64,000 nt of DNA, taken from Raillietiella orientalis (taxonomy: Eukaryota). A program made the position numbers and the translations under genes. Numbering within the stretch: the first letter of the stretch is position 1; each line of letters begins with the position of its first letter. Below, piece by piece: positions 51,761 to 62,399 of this stretch. Below the pieces are notes generated by a model. The model had not been told where the DNA came from. It worked only from the letters and a program-made list of their open reading frames with translations, and did no database searches. The DNA lies in assembly GCA_036172245.1 (NCBI GenBank), contig JAYWIR010000003.1:1798001-1862000 (forward strand). Reading direction: 5' to 3'.

Positions 51761-52517
51761 GAATGCGAGCCCGGGTCTTCCGAGAAGCCGGCTGGAGTAG
51801 TCCGCTGCTTCGGCTGGGAGGCCCCTCGGGTCATGCGAGGGAGAGGTCGTCGACCAGCTCGGCGCGAAGACGTCCGGAAGGGTTTCCGGCCCCGTTCGTC
51901 TTTCCCCAGCCCGCAAGAAGTCGTCAGGAAGATTGCCACCATCCAGAGCCGCTTCCAGGAAGGAAGGAAGGAACCAGCAAAACTGATGACCCCTGTCCCT
52001 ACCCTTTCGTCTTGTTTAAAAATTTATTTATTGTCCCTCCTTCCGTTCCTTACTTTTTGGAAGCCGGCCTCAGTGACGGTGGTCATCCTCGATGAACGTC
52101 TTTCCTTTGGCATCTCTTGCATTGAAGGCACACTATCCCCTTTGGGCACTGTCCCTTTATTTTTTTAAAAAAAAAACACGTCCCGGTGTCATCGGGTAAA
52201 ACCCCCAGTCCAACAGTGACGGGATGGATTCATTAAACAACGAACAAAACGGAGCGCCAATCACTCTCACTTTTGTTCGCGTTCGTTGCGACTTCCCACT
52301 CGGGTGCTCCGGGGCGTTTATTTCTAAACTATTTAGGAACAAATTTCTCAGACAAAGAATACGGAAATACGGAGGGCGGGATCCCTGACACGCAGTTCGG
52401 TAAAACCGAAAGTCCGGAACGGGAAGGAGGGGACCACAAAGAAATATATAAGAAATATTAAAAAAAGATATGGGGGGGGGGGGAACAGGGATCTTTGGCT
52501 TCGGCCGTTCCTTTCTT

Positions 52518-54180
52518 TCAGAACCGGCGTTGGATGCCGGAGATCTCCTTCCTGACGTCTTCTGAAAAATGAGGCCACCTAGCAGCCGACGTCATGTTGT
52601 CGTCGACTATTCCGGTGGCCTGTCGAAAAATCGTCTGCAACTCCAACTGGCGGTGGGCCGTGTCGATGGCGCGGATGCAACAGATCGTTGCGATGACCGC
52701 ACCTAACGACAGGCCGCCTGGCGTGAAGAAGCGGCGGATCAAAATCCTTGCGGTACCCTTTTGGTACAGCAGAGCTGAAGCCAGCCTCCGCCACAGTCCT
52801 TGGAGGACACCGCAGTCAAAGAGCAGGTGCGGGAGCGTTTCCGCTGCTCCATGCCGTGCACAGTTCGGGGGGACAACTCCCCAGGAAACAATGTTGCTAC
52901 GCTGGTTGCAATGGAAGCCCCAATGCACCAGCAGCAGCCCGCCCTGCTTTCATGGAAGGGGGAACACTGAAGTGTCCACGCACGAGGGAGGGACCACAAG
53001 TACTTCAGGGGGCACAATGACGAGTTCGCTCCACCTAAGGAGTCCCTTCTTAATGTTGCGAGGCGTGGCGGCGTCTGCCAGCTCGCTAGTCCTCCAGCCG
53101 CCCATGGGTCGGGTTGCTCCTGCTATCGTGCAGGCGACCTCCGACAATAGTTGCCTACCTTTCCGGTAGGCAACTGTTGTCTCTAACCCTAAGGGCAGAC
53201 AGCGCTGCGGTAAGGGGCGTGGCGGTCAGGCTGATCCACTTGCCCTGGTCTCGCATCACATCCTCCGAAGGAAGATAGGGGAAAAGGTGCACGCAACGAA
53301 GTTCAATAAGCGGCACTTCCCCTTGCCTTGCCCAGGACGATAACGCTTCCTGCCGCCAAGCGTTTAAGTTCGTTGGAAGGCAGGAGATCCAAGAATGATC
53401 TTCCAGGAGCCTGCAGAGTGGTTTCAGAGGGAAAACGTGGCGCGCTCCGTGTGCGGCAGTAATGAAAGAAGTCCGTCGTTGCCAGTGCAGCACCGCAGTA
53501 GCAGGCTCGAGGGAGCACACCACAAAGTGGACCAAAGTTTGGCGCAAAAGGCCAACATACGAAACTGCACCTGCAGTTCGATTCTCTCCAGCGTCAGGAT
53601 GCCTAAACCGACATCCCGACGCGGAGCCGCCAAGTCCTTGAGGCGGATCCTGGACCGTGGGTCCTCACAAAGCGTTCCTCAACAGGCGTCTTGCCTGGAG
53701 TTTGGCCGAGTAGGGGGTGGGCAAACAAAAAAGAGGGGGCGGAGGAGGGGGCAACGAAGGTGTCCCAGACGGAGACCCGCTCCGGTAGGACGAACCTGCC
53801 AAGTTAAACGGGCCCAGAGCACTCTCAGCCTTCCGAGGGCAGTCCGACCACGCTTCCACTGGACTGATGCCCCCCCGCAGGACGCCAAGGTACTTGAAGC
53901 ACCTGGCCGTCGGGATCCCCAGGCGGATCCAGTCGGACTGCCCCTCCCACGCCGCACCCACAGGAACGACCACATTCTTGCTTCTGTTTACGCTCACTCC
54001 CGCTCCCCGACGAATCAGCTCGAAGAAATTCTCGAGACTGGACGACTGGGTGGAAATGGGTAAGAGGTCATCGGCATAGGCATCCACGGACGGTGTACCT
54101 GGACAAGAGCTCGGCAGGTTGACCAGCGTCAGCCGGTACTTCCGTGGGGCGCGTTTGTAGGTGAGAGCTTGCGGCACGTG
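52518..54180 (-). mobile_element. Degenerate L1/Tx1-like non-LTR retrotransposon ORF2 (RT C-terminal half and CCHC knuckle)
   Basis: VDAYADDL (~54065-54087), CFKYLGV (~53882-53902), PRRDVGLGI and PNCARHGAAETLPHLLFDC occur in the correct order across several frameshifts. Confidence 0.85.
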
Positions 54181-57100
54181 CTGGGTAGCCGCTCGCCTTC
54201 TCCCATCTTTCGTTTCCTTCGTCTTACGGATCCAGGCTTCCGTATCCCAAGGGACGCTGATGAACGGCGGGAGCGGTCTTGGCGAGTTCCCTGTCCCAGA
54301 GTTCCTTGCTCCTGGGAACCATCTTCCGCTTCGAGGTCCTCAGGAGGCTTTGGATCTTCGGTCAGGTTGGATCAACATGGTCCCATCCGCCCGCTGCTGG
54401 CACTGCAAACGTCTGCAAACCATCGGCTCTATGCAGGCGCGGTGGAGCGCGCGCGAACCACCCATTCGCCACCCTCACGCGGCTGACGTCTGAGGTCCGA
54501 TGTCTCGCGTGCCGGTGCCTCCTTCCGTCGGGTCCCGTTAGCCAGGAGGCCTCCCTGCTCCCCAGGTGTCGCGCGCTTTCCCTCGGGACGCCGCTCTTCC
54601 GGCAAACCGGGTCGCCGACTCCCCGGGGGGGATGTCGATGTCCGCAGAAAGAGGGACGGAAGCACCGGGGACGTGACACGCAAGGGGGCAGCGGAAATTT
54701 GGACGCGAGGGGGTCTTCGCTGCCCTCGGGGCCATGGCCTGACCCGACCTCTCTCCTTTCGCCGAGCGGGTGCTTTCTCCGCTCGCGCTCCATTTTCCTT
54801 CCCGCCCCCTCTCCCCACGCCGGACGTGGGGAGCAGCGAGGCGAGTACGTGCCTCGAGAGCAGCCCCCGACCCGAGCGCGAGCGAAATCCGATATTTCCT
54901 CCCTCCCTCCCCCCTCCCCCCTCTGGTAATGACCAGCGCGCTCTTTGACCTGCGCTCTGCCGCGAGAGATGTGCCTCGCGCGCTCTCGGAGGGAAGCGAG
55001 GGGGAGGAAAAAAAAAAAACAAACCCGCAGCCCCGCTGTCGCCCCGAAGACCTCCCCCTGTTGCTGCCTTCCTGCCGGGTCGCGGAGCCCTCGCGCGCGG
55101 CGCCTCCGAGCCGCCGAACGCGTGTGCGGCGGCAGCTTCTTTCGAGCGCGTTCGTTGAACTTTCCACCACTTGGGGCGCGGGTAGCTGCTGCGAAGGTTT
55201 GGACCGGGACGCAAGCGGCAGTGGCAAGGAGTCTTCTCTGGGGAAGGGTGCGCTAATAATAGCCTCGGGACGAATAAGGTGCAGGTCGAAGGGACCAGGC
55301 ATCGGGGTGCGCAAACTTGGGGACAGAGGAGGGGAGAAGGGACTGAGGATCGGCCGCCGGAAGAGAGGCAGTGAGTCCGCGGGCGCACGCTACCCTTTGC
55401 AGGGAAGAAGCGAGGATGGAGAGCGTAGCCCCGGTGGAGTCCTCCCCCCCCCCTTCCCAGCAGCCCCCTTCGTGTTCGGGATGCTTCCCCCGCTCCGTTC
55501 GTTCCCACGGCTGCTGACCTGCGTCCTCTCGGCCCTAAGGGTTTCCGCAGCGAGCTACGGGGAAGCGTCGAGCTCCCTGCTGCATCCCGGGTTTCCTCGG
55601 AGGGAGGGCAGCTCGCGCTCTCATGCTCCAGGGTTTCATATCCCATCCCGTCTGCGCGTTCCTCTCCGCGCCGCGCTTCGGGGCAGCCCATTTTCAGCCT
55701 GCTGCGAAGAAAGCAGGTCCGGCGGCGTCCCGGGTCTCCTGCTTGACCACCCGGTTGCCGAACAACGGCGCGACTCGCCTCTTCGGCCGCTCCGCCCGCC
55801 TCCCCGGTTGCCTATGGAACGCGCTGCTGCTTACCGACTGCCAATGTCACTGATTCTCGATCGTTTTCGTCCTTGGCCCCGCCGTTCTCCTCGGCCCCAT
55901 TTCACCACCACCCCTTTTCCCGAACCCGTCTCTGAAGAGTGCGAGGTTTATTTCGTGCTTTCCCGGCACGGTTTGGGGGAGAATTGCACAGGGACCGCAA
56001 GTCCGAGCCCCCCCCCTCCCCATAACCAAGGAAGATCTGGAAGGATCGGCAGAGAACGCCCGTGCCTATCGGAGAGAAACCCGAGCCTAGGGCTAAGCCA
56101 GCATCGGGAAAGGGATACTTTCCCGGGGCGGCTTCCTGCCCCGGGGGGAAAATTCCGCGGGATTTCCGCCTGAAGTTTTACGATCCCGGTGTGCCCGGCC
56201 CCGACGGTGTCGGGCTGAGCGAGCGACCATCGGATGCCGCCGGGCGTAGCTCCCCCGAAAGCAAACAGCCAACGCGGACCCCCCACCCCCCATTCTCTCT
56301 CGCGCGCGCACACGCGCGCTCGTGTACCACTTCGCAGAAAGCAGGGACTCGTGGAAGATTTTCGTTTAGGGAGGCTGCTCGGACGTCTCGCCCGTCCGGT
56401 GGTACATCGCCACCGTCAGCGTGGCGGCTGCGAAAGCACTGTGGCGCCCTCCTCCCGGAGTGGAGTGGAACGGGTGTACCTCCCCCACCACCACCTTCCC
56501 ACCCTGCCGCGTGCACCGTTGCTTTCTGCGTACATCTCTGCCGTGGGCGACACCCCCGCCTGTCCCTCCTCAGTCGGAAAATTCGCTCGCACCGTGGCGG
56601 CGGACGCGCACAGCGCGAGTCCGCTCTCGGCCGACCCGCTTCGCCGACGGTCGAGTCGCTGTCGACCACCGTCGGCGTTTCCTCGCGACGCGGGGGGGGT
56701 CGACACGCGCTGCCACGGCTTCGGCGGTGTTTGCCCTCCGTGGCAGCAGGCGGGAAAGGGCTGACCTCGACCGGGGAGGTGCGCGTCCATCCCACCAGCG
56801 CGCCGCCTTGACTCCGTGGTTCGCCACGAGTCGGAGCACCACCATAAAAGCCACGCCGGCGCGTGGTGCCGAGCTCTGGAAGTGCATCGAGGACCTGGTG
56901 GAGACCGTCACCAGATGATGCAGCTGGAAAGGACACTCCTCTCCTTCCCCTACTGCACATCGGTCGGTAGAGCGGTCGCAAGGAGATGGAATCTCTGGGA
57001 AACAGGAGGAGGCATATGGCTCGTTCGGAAAATTTACCTAAAGACTGATCGAAGGTGCATTGGCAGGCGTGACCGGGCTCCAAGTGCAGCTCGAGGACTG

Positions 57101-58929
57101 TGGCAGGGCGGAGGTCATCTCTCCGTGGCGTTCTCTGAATTACGCGCGAAAGCACGCGCGCACGGACAGCGTGCGTTCTGCACGCTCAGCTCCGATCCCC
57201 GTGCGACCCCGAGAACTCTTTTGGCCACCCCTCCTGCGCGGGACAGCTACGGCTGCGTGGACGCGACTGCAGTTGGCGTCGTCCTTCCTTCTCTTCGTGG
57301 GATTCTGACGCGCGCGCAACGTGGAAGCTGCAATAGTTGGCACCACCAGCAGCAGCGTGACCACTCGGAGACCGCCACAGGATCGTCCCCAGTCTGGAAG
57401 AGCGGGACCGCGCAACGAGCTCGATGCGCTTTGCGGGCGTTGCACGGGAGCGTGGGGTCCCGCCGAGAACGAAATCTGGAATCTGCAGCGCCATTCCGGA
57501 ACTCAGCTTCGAGGGAAAAAATCCCTCAGGTGAGTATCAGGATCGAAGAGATCTCTTCCAGAAGTTCCCATGGAAAGGATACCTCTTTTTTTTCTTTCTT
57601 TGCGGAGCATGTTCTATATTTCGCGTTTCCGCGACCCCGCCGCGACGCGGGGCGGGAAACGCGCGGCGGCGAACCGAGCGGCTCGGTCGCACGCCGCGGG
57701 GAAGCCGCTCCAGATTGGTAGGAAGGACGCGCGCACCTCCTCGGATGCGTTGTCGTGGTGCAGCGCGATGGTGGAACGGACTCCCCTTCCCGGATGCGCC
57801 TCGAGGTCCACCTCGTGGCGCACACGAGCATCCTGTTCCCTGGAGGTCCCGGTTTCTCTGCGTGGCTTTTCAATGCTCAGACAGATTTGTCTCTCTCCCT
57901 TCTGCCAATCAGCGATTTTGCAGGTTCCCCGCGGGCAAACTTCGACGACACTGCAGCATGTCCCCATGTCCTTTGATCTTCTCGCGGCATCCATTCTACT
58001 GCGGGGGACCCACGGGTGCAGTTTCTACCGTCTGGTGTCTCTCCCTGCTTTCTGCTTCCAGAACGGAAATCATCAGCACAGGTAGGTCGAGTAACGAGCA
58101 AGTAAATCACGCGGAGGTCAGTGACGGGCCGCGCTCGGAGCAGAAGCTGAACCATCTCGGTGAGATGTGAACGTTCCAGATAATGGCATCGTTCCTTGCT
58201 TCCCACTACGGGTCGCGAGGGTGGGAGAGAAGTCGATGAGGAAACACACGCGAGTGTGAAAACCGAAGCGAATCGGAAGTGCTAAAAATAGAAACTGAAA
58301 ACGAAAGAACTCAAAGAACTCTCTCTCTGGGGATTGACAAAACAGAAGTACGAAAATAAGCATCAAATACGTTCATTGCCCATATTTTATTTACTGTATT
58401 GTTTTTTTTTTTTTTTTTTAGAAATATTGTTCATTTAGACTGTGAGCAGAATGCGTATGTACAGCGTGTGTGCCTAATATGCTTGCAGTGTGCCAAGAAT
58501 AACGTGGATGTCGTGGACTTTCCACAGGGTAAATCAGGAATGCAGCACGTGTCTTACAAGTTGCTCATGGATACTGCAGGATCGCTTCTCATCCTTTCGG
58601 CGAGGACCAAGATGCCCTTTGGTGTTTCGGCTTCGTAACGGCGCCCTGGTTCGTGACGTGCTGGATTGAAGCGCACCGGAGCCCAAAGCGCCCCTTCAAG
58701 CCCGTACCAAGAAGGAAGTTCACTGTTCCTGGCTACTTATTCCACCCTACTCTCATTCCTTGCGAAAGACTGGGCACACACACAAAAGAGGGATGGAATT
58801 TCATCGATAAAGGAATTCGGCGGATGGTTAAAGATCTACGGCATCTTCCTTCCATTGGCAACAGCGAACCAGTACCTGTACGGCAATGCGAAAAAAAGGC
58901 TGCCTGAGGCTACTAAAGCCGTATGATGA

Positions 58930-59143
58930 AGCAGACCTGGCCAGCGCTGCAGTCGTCTGCCTACGTGGTACCAAGCGTCGCGGGTTCGGATCTCGCCCGG
59001 GGGGGGAAAGATCGACACCTAGAAATCGGGTCTGCGCGATGGGTTTCGAGTCCCTCCTCCCGCAAGATGACGCCGGTTGCACTATTCAGGTGCGGCACTG
59101 GTTGACAACCGGTCACGCCGGGGCGTTTATCTATAAAAAATAA
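58930..59143 (+). mobile_element. tRNA-headed SINE-like copy with A-rich tail
   Basis: CGTCTGCCTACG...GTCGCGGGTTCGGATC resembles the anticodon and T-arm of tRNA-Arg(ACG). The body is homologous to 24230-24310 (rev) and ends TATAAAAAATAA. Confidence 0.6.
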
Positions 59144-59598
59144 CCGTCTGTGTCAGGACGTTTGATCCTGCCACGTTACTTGTAACTACGAGAAGGAACC
59201 TCTCGGCAACTGGCACGCAGGCCAGCGGGGTTCGCCTCGGCAGCACAGGAGAAGGGGAGACAAACAAAAGAAAAAAAACTAACACAAAAGACATACAGTC
59301 AAAAAATGGGGGCGCTCAGGAAGGGATTGCTGTGTGCTGGAAGGTGTCCTCTGAATCCTTGTAAGGATGCTTGCAAGTTCGTATTTCAAGACTCCCAGAT
59401 GGAGCCATCTTGACGCTGTCCTCATGAAGAGGGCAGCAAAGTAGATGGCGTCCCTGTCGTCCTGGCCTCCTCTGACGCTGCTCCATACAGCCACTGCTCC
59501 ATACCGTCGCGTGGGCAGCAAAGTGCTGCTGGGGATGCGGCCGGCGTGAGGGCGTCGCGCAAGAAGAGGAGCTTTTAAACGTCTCTGGCGTTGCCGCC
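58967..59598 (-). repeat. Right arm of 632-bp near-perfect inverted repeat
   Basis: Reverse complement of 51096-51727. Confidence 0.95.
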
Positions 59599-60900
59599 GG
59601 GGATGAGCAGGGACCCGACAACGCGTCCCGAAAGGGACCGAAGGGCAGCGTAGTCCACTAGGAGGTGCTGGAGGGATTCTCACTCCCCTCACTTTGCACA
59701 GTTCGGGTACAGCCCCTTCCTCCCTGTCCAATGATGCCTGCGGGCGTTGCACGGGAGACCCCAGTGCAGCAACAGCAGCAGCGCCAGCTCCTGCCACTTT
59801 AAGGGGAGGATGCAGGTATTCATGAGCACCGGGGGCCACTGTAGGCCTTTCTCCGGAATACCCAGTAGCACGCTCCAGCGCAAAAGTACCACGAGGTCGA
59901 GTAATCGGGGTCAGCATCGGTGGGCTGGTCCGTCGTCCGCTCACCCAGTCCTTTTCTCCTTCCGGAGATTTGCACAGTAACTTCCCATCTAGCCGCAAGG
60001 CTTCTGCCCATGTGTGCGGCACTGGTGCAAGTCTGAAACCCCCGGATGCACCCTGGGGTTTCCGACTATTGAGTGGCCGGGATTTGGAAGCTGATCATCC
60101 GGGCTCCTTCCTGGAATCAAGGAGCCCTTTGGTTGTGAAAATGGAGCCGTACCATGGAGGATGGTTAATACACTCCTCGAGGGGGGTTGCTTCTCCCTTC
60201 GAGAGCGACCTTTCAGAGAAAATTTCGGTGTTCTCTTCAGAGCAGTTGCTGTCTCTTCTCCTCTGGAGGAGTGCACCCTATAATTGTAAGGGCGATTGCC
60301 GTTGGTTCTCCGGATGTTGAGGTAACTGAGGTATTTCCAGGACGCAGGCGTAAGACAGAAAAGTGGCAGAGCTCTGGAACATCCAGAGTTCCCGAGAAAA
60401 GACGTGTGCTGGGAGCACCTGGTGGGACTGTACAAGAATTTCATTCACGTACAAGGATTTGAACGAATAGGGCGCGGATGGTTCGCTCGCTCCACGGACA
60501 GAGGGCAGAAAAGAAGTCAATACAAAGGGAAACTCTGATCTAACAAAGCAGCGTCCAGTTGTAGAAACAAGGAGGCTCCCGGTGCGGTTCGGGCAGTAGG
60601 TCCAGCCAGTGGGCGTTGGCAAGATGGTTCCAGGCCGCCTAATGGGGAATATCCGATGCCGTGTATGCACCGCCACGGAGAGCCGGGAAGCGAAGGGATT
60701 AGACCGCATGGAGGAGGAAATCGAGCTTTGTTTTTCCTTCATTGCCGGTCGGGGGTGATTTGTCAGGATGCTTTCTTCCGGGGTTTGTGCATCCCCAGCT
60801 GTGAGACACGAAGACAAGCGTGCACTCTTGCACATCGATAAGCGACGCATTCTGATATCCTCTGGTGAGACGAGGCATTACAGTGGAACACGGAAGAGTG
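59279..60900 (-). mobile_element. Degenerate, apparently internally deleted L1/Tx1-like element (APE endonuclease remnants plus C-terminus)
   Basis: 'LIDVQECTL' (LQET-like), 'GRCFV' and 'FLGNSGC' (GDFN-like) are followed by 'LLHWGLPCNARRHHW...PNCAK', homologous to 'LVHWGFHCNQR...PNCAR'. Confidence 0.55.
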
Positions 60901-62399
60901 GTAAAGTGAAACAGGGATATTCACTGCAGAGTATCGTGTAGATTCAGAGGCTGTGGATAATGCTCTATTCTGAAGGGAAAAAAAGGAAAAAAAAATAGCA
61001 ACATGTGTGGGAGTATTCTGGCTGACCCATCGTCAGTTGCTGACATCTGACTCCTCAATCGTGAGGCCTACCCGTAAGGTGGTTAGGAAGGAAATAGATA
61101 GATGAGATGGTCGCCAGATGGGTGGCATACTGGTCGTTACGCTGATTGGGAAACAGGCAAATGGGAAGGATGGTCACGTGACCAATCTTGACCAGTCTGC
61201 ACTGGGCAAGTGGTTCAGATCATTTTCGATCGGCACATCTCGGCACTGGCTAACGAACATCAAAGACGTCATCCGATCGCAGTTTCCCGGCTGTTATCCA
61301 ACGAACTCTCTGGTCGCGCGGGCCATGAGAGCCCACGGCGGAAGCCATGGTTTCCTCATACGGAGAAGAGGCGGTGGTGTCCGCAGCATAAGGAGTTCGC
61401 TACATCTGATCTTTGCTGTTCAGATGATGCGCTAGCTCCCTTCTTCCCTTCAAGGAAGCTCTGATTATTCTTAGGAAGTGCGAGAGGTTCGCACTCTCTT
61501 TTGGTGGGTGCGGAACGCTCGCGAATGGGGCTTCCAGTGGCTTTCCTCCACTGCTCTTCAGGAAAAGACGACGTGGAGCTGCGTTTCCCCCGCTCCCCTC
61601 TCCCCCCTCCCTCACTACCGAGGCACAGTTTTTGCCAAATTCGTGACGCAAGCGGGTTTTTCAAGAAGTAGCTCAAGGAAAAGAGATCCGAGTTTAGGTA
61701 AAGGAAGACACGAGGACGCTCGAGAGCGGCCGCGGCAGGAAAGCGGGAACGTTTCTTCGTTCCGACCGTTTCGTGACGTTTGACTAATTGAAGCACTGAT
61801 TGGTGACGTGGGCTTTCCCGACCAGCTCAATTCTGCCAGCCGCTCGTCGCGCGCGCGCGCTTTGTCTTAATGTCATCGTTCTGTAAGCAGAGAGAAAAAG
61901 GACCAGTTGGGGTTGCAGTGGACACTTGCCATGCGACGCAAACGGAAAGGTTACCAAGAGCAAGCAGTGGATCCGCGTCGACCTCGCTCTCCATCCACCA
62001 AGTGCTGAAAGTGGAATCTACGAAAAACGATGCACTTGACTTTGTCGAGACCACCAACGCTGTTCGTGTACGTTGTCCTAAGAAGACCCACCAGATGGTA
62101 GCTGAGCAGTTCGGGAACGCCCACAGCGGTGACTTCCGATACCTGTAGGTGGCGTTCGTTTGTTCTGGAAAAAAGGGAGAGAGAGGGGGTGGTTATGCCC
62201 AACGAACGAATGCTGAAGTGGATCTTCCCGTCTTGGCGCGTCGAGGAAGACTTACGAGGTCCGCCTGCCAGGACAGCATTGGCTCTGCTGCTGCTGCTGC
62301 ATGCACAGCCTCGTGAGAATGATAATCTGATCTCATCCTCAGATCGATCAGGTTATGCTTCCTGTCTCTTGGATGCATCGTAGACAAAGGGTAGATGCA

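Noticed and set aside
51745..51790. 5S rRNA-like 5' fragment (GCCATACGACCTCGAATGCG)
   Set aside because: Gapped, weak similarity that overlaps the antisense SINE head. Likely chance.
36000..58000. Many overlapping 200-470 aa ORFs in all six frames
   Set aside because: Expected from stop-codon scarcity at high GC. No recognisable motifs apart from the lin-28 exons and LINE remnants.
51096..59598. DIRS element or DNA transposon with 632-bp terminal inverted repeats
   Set aside because: No tyrosine recombinase or transposase, no external TSD, and homology continues beyond the arms.
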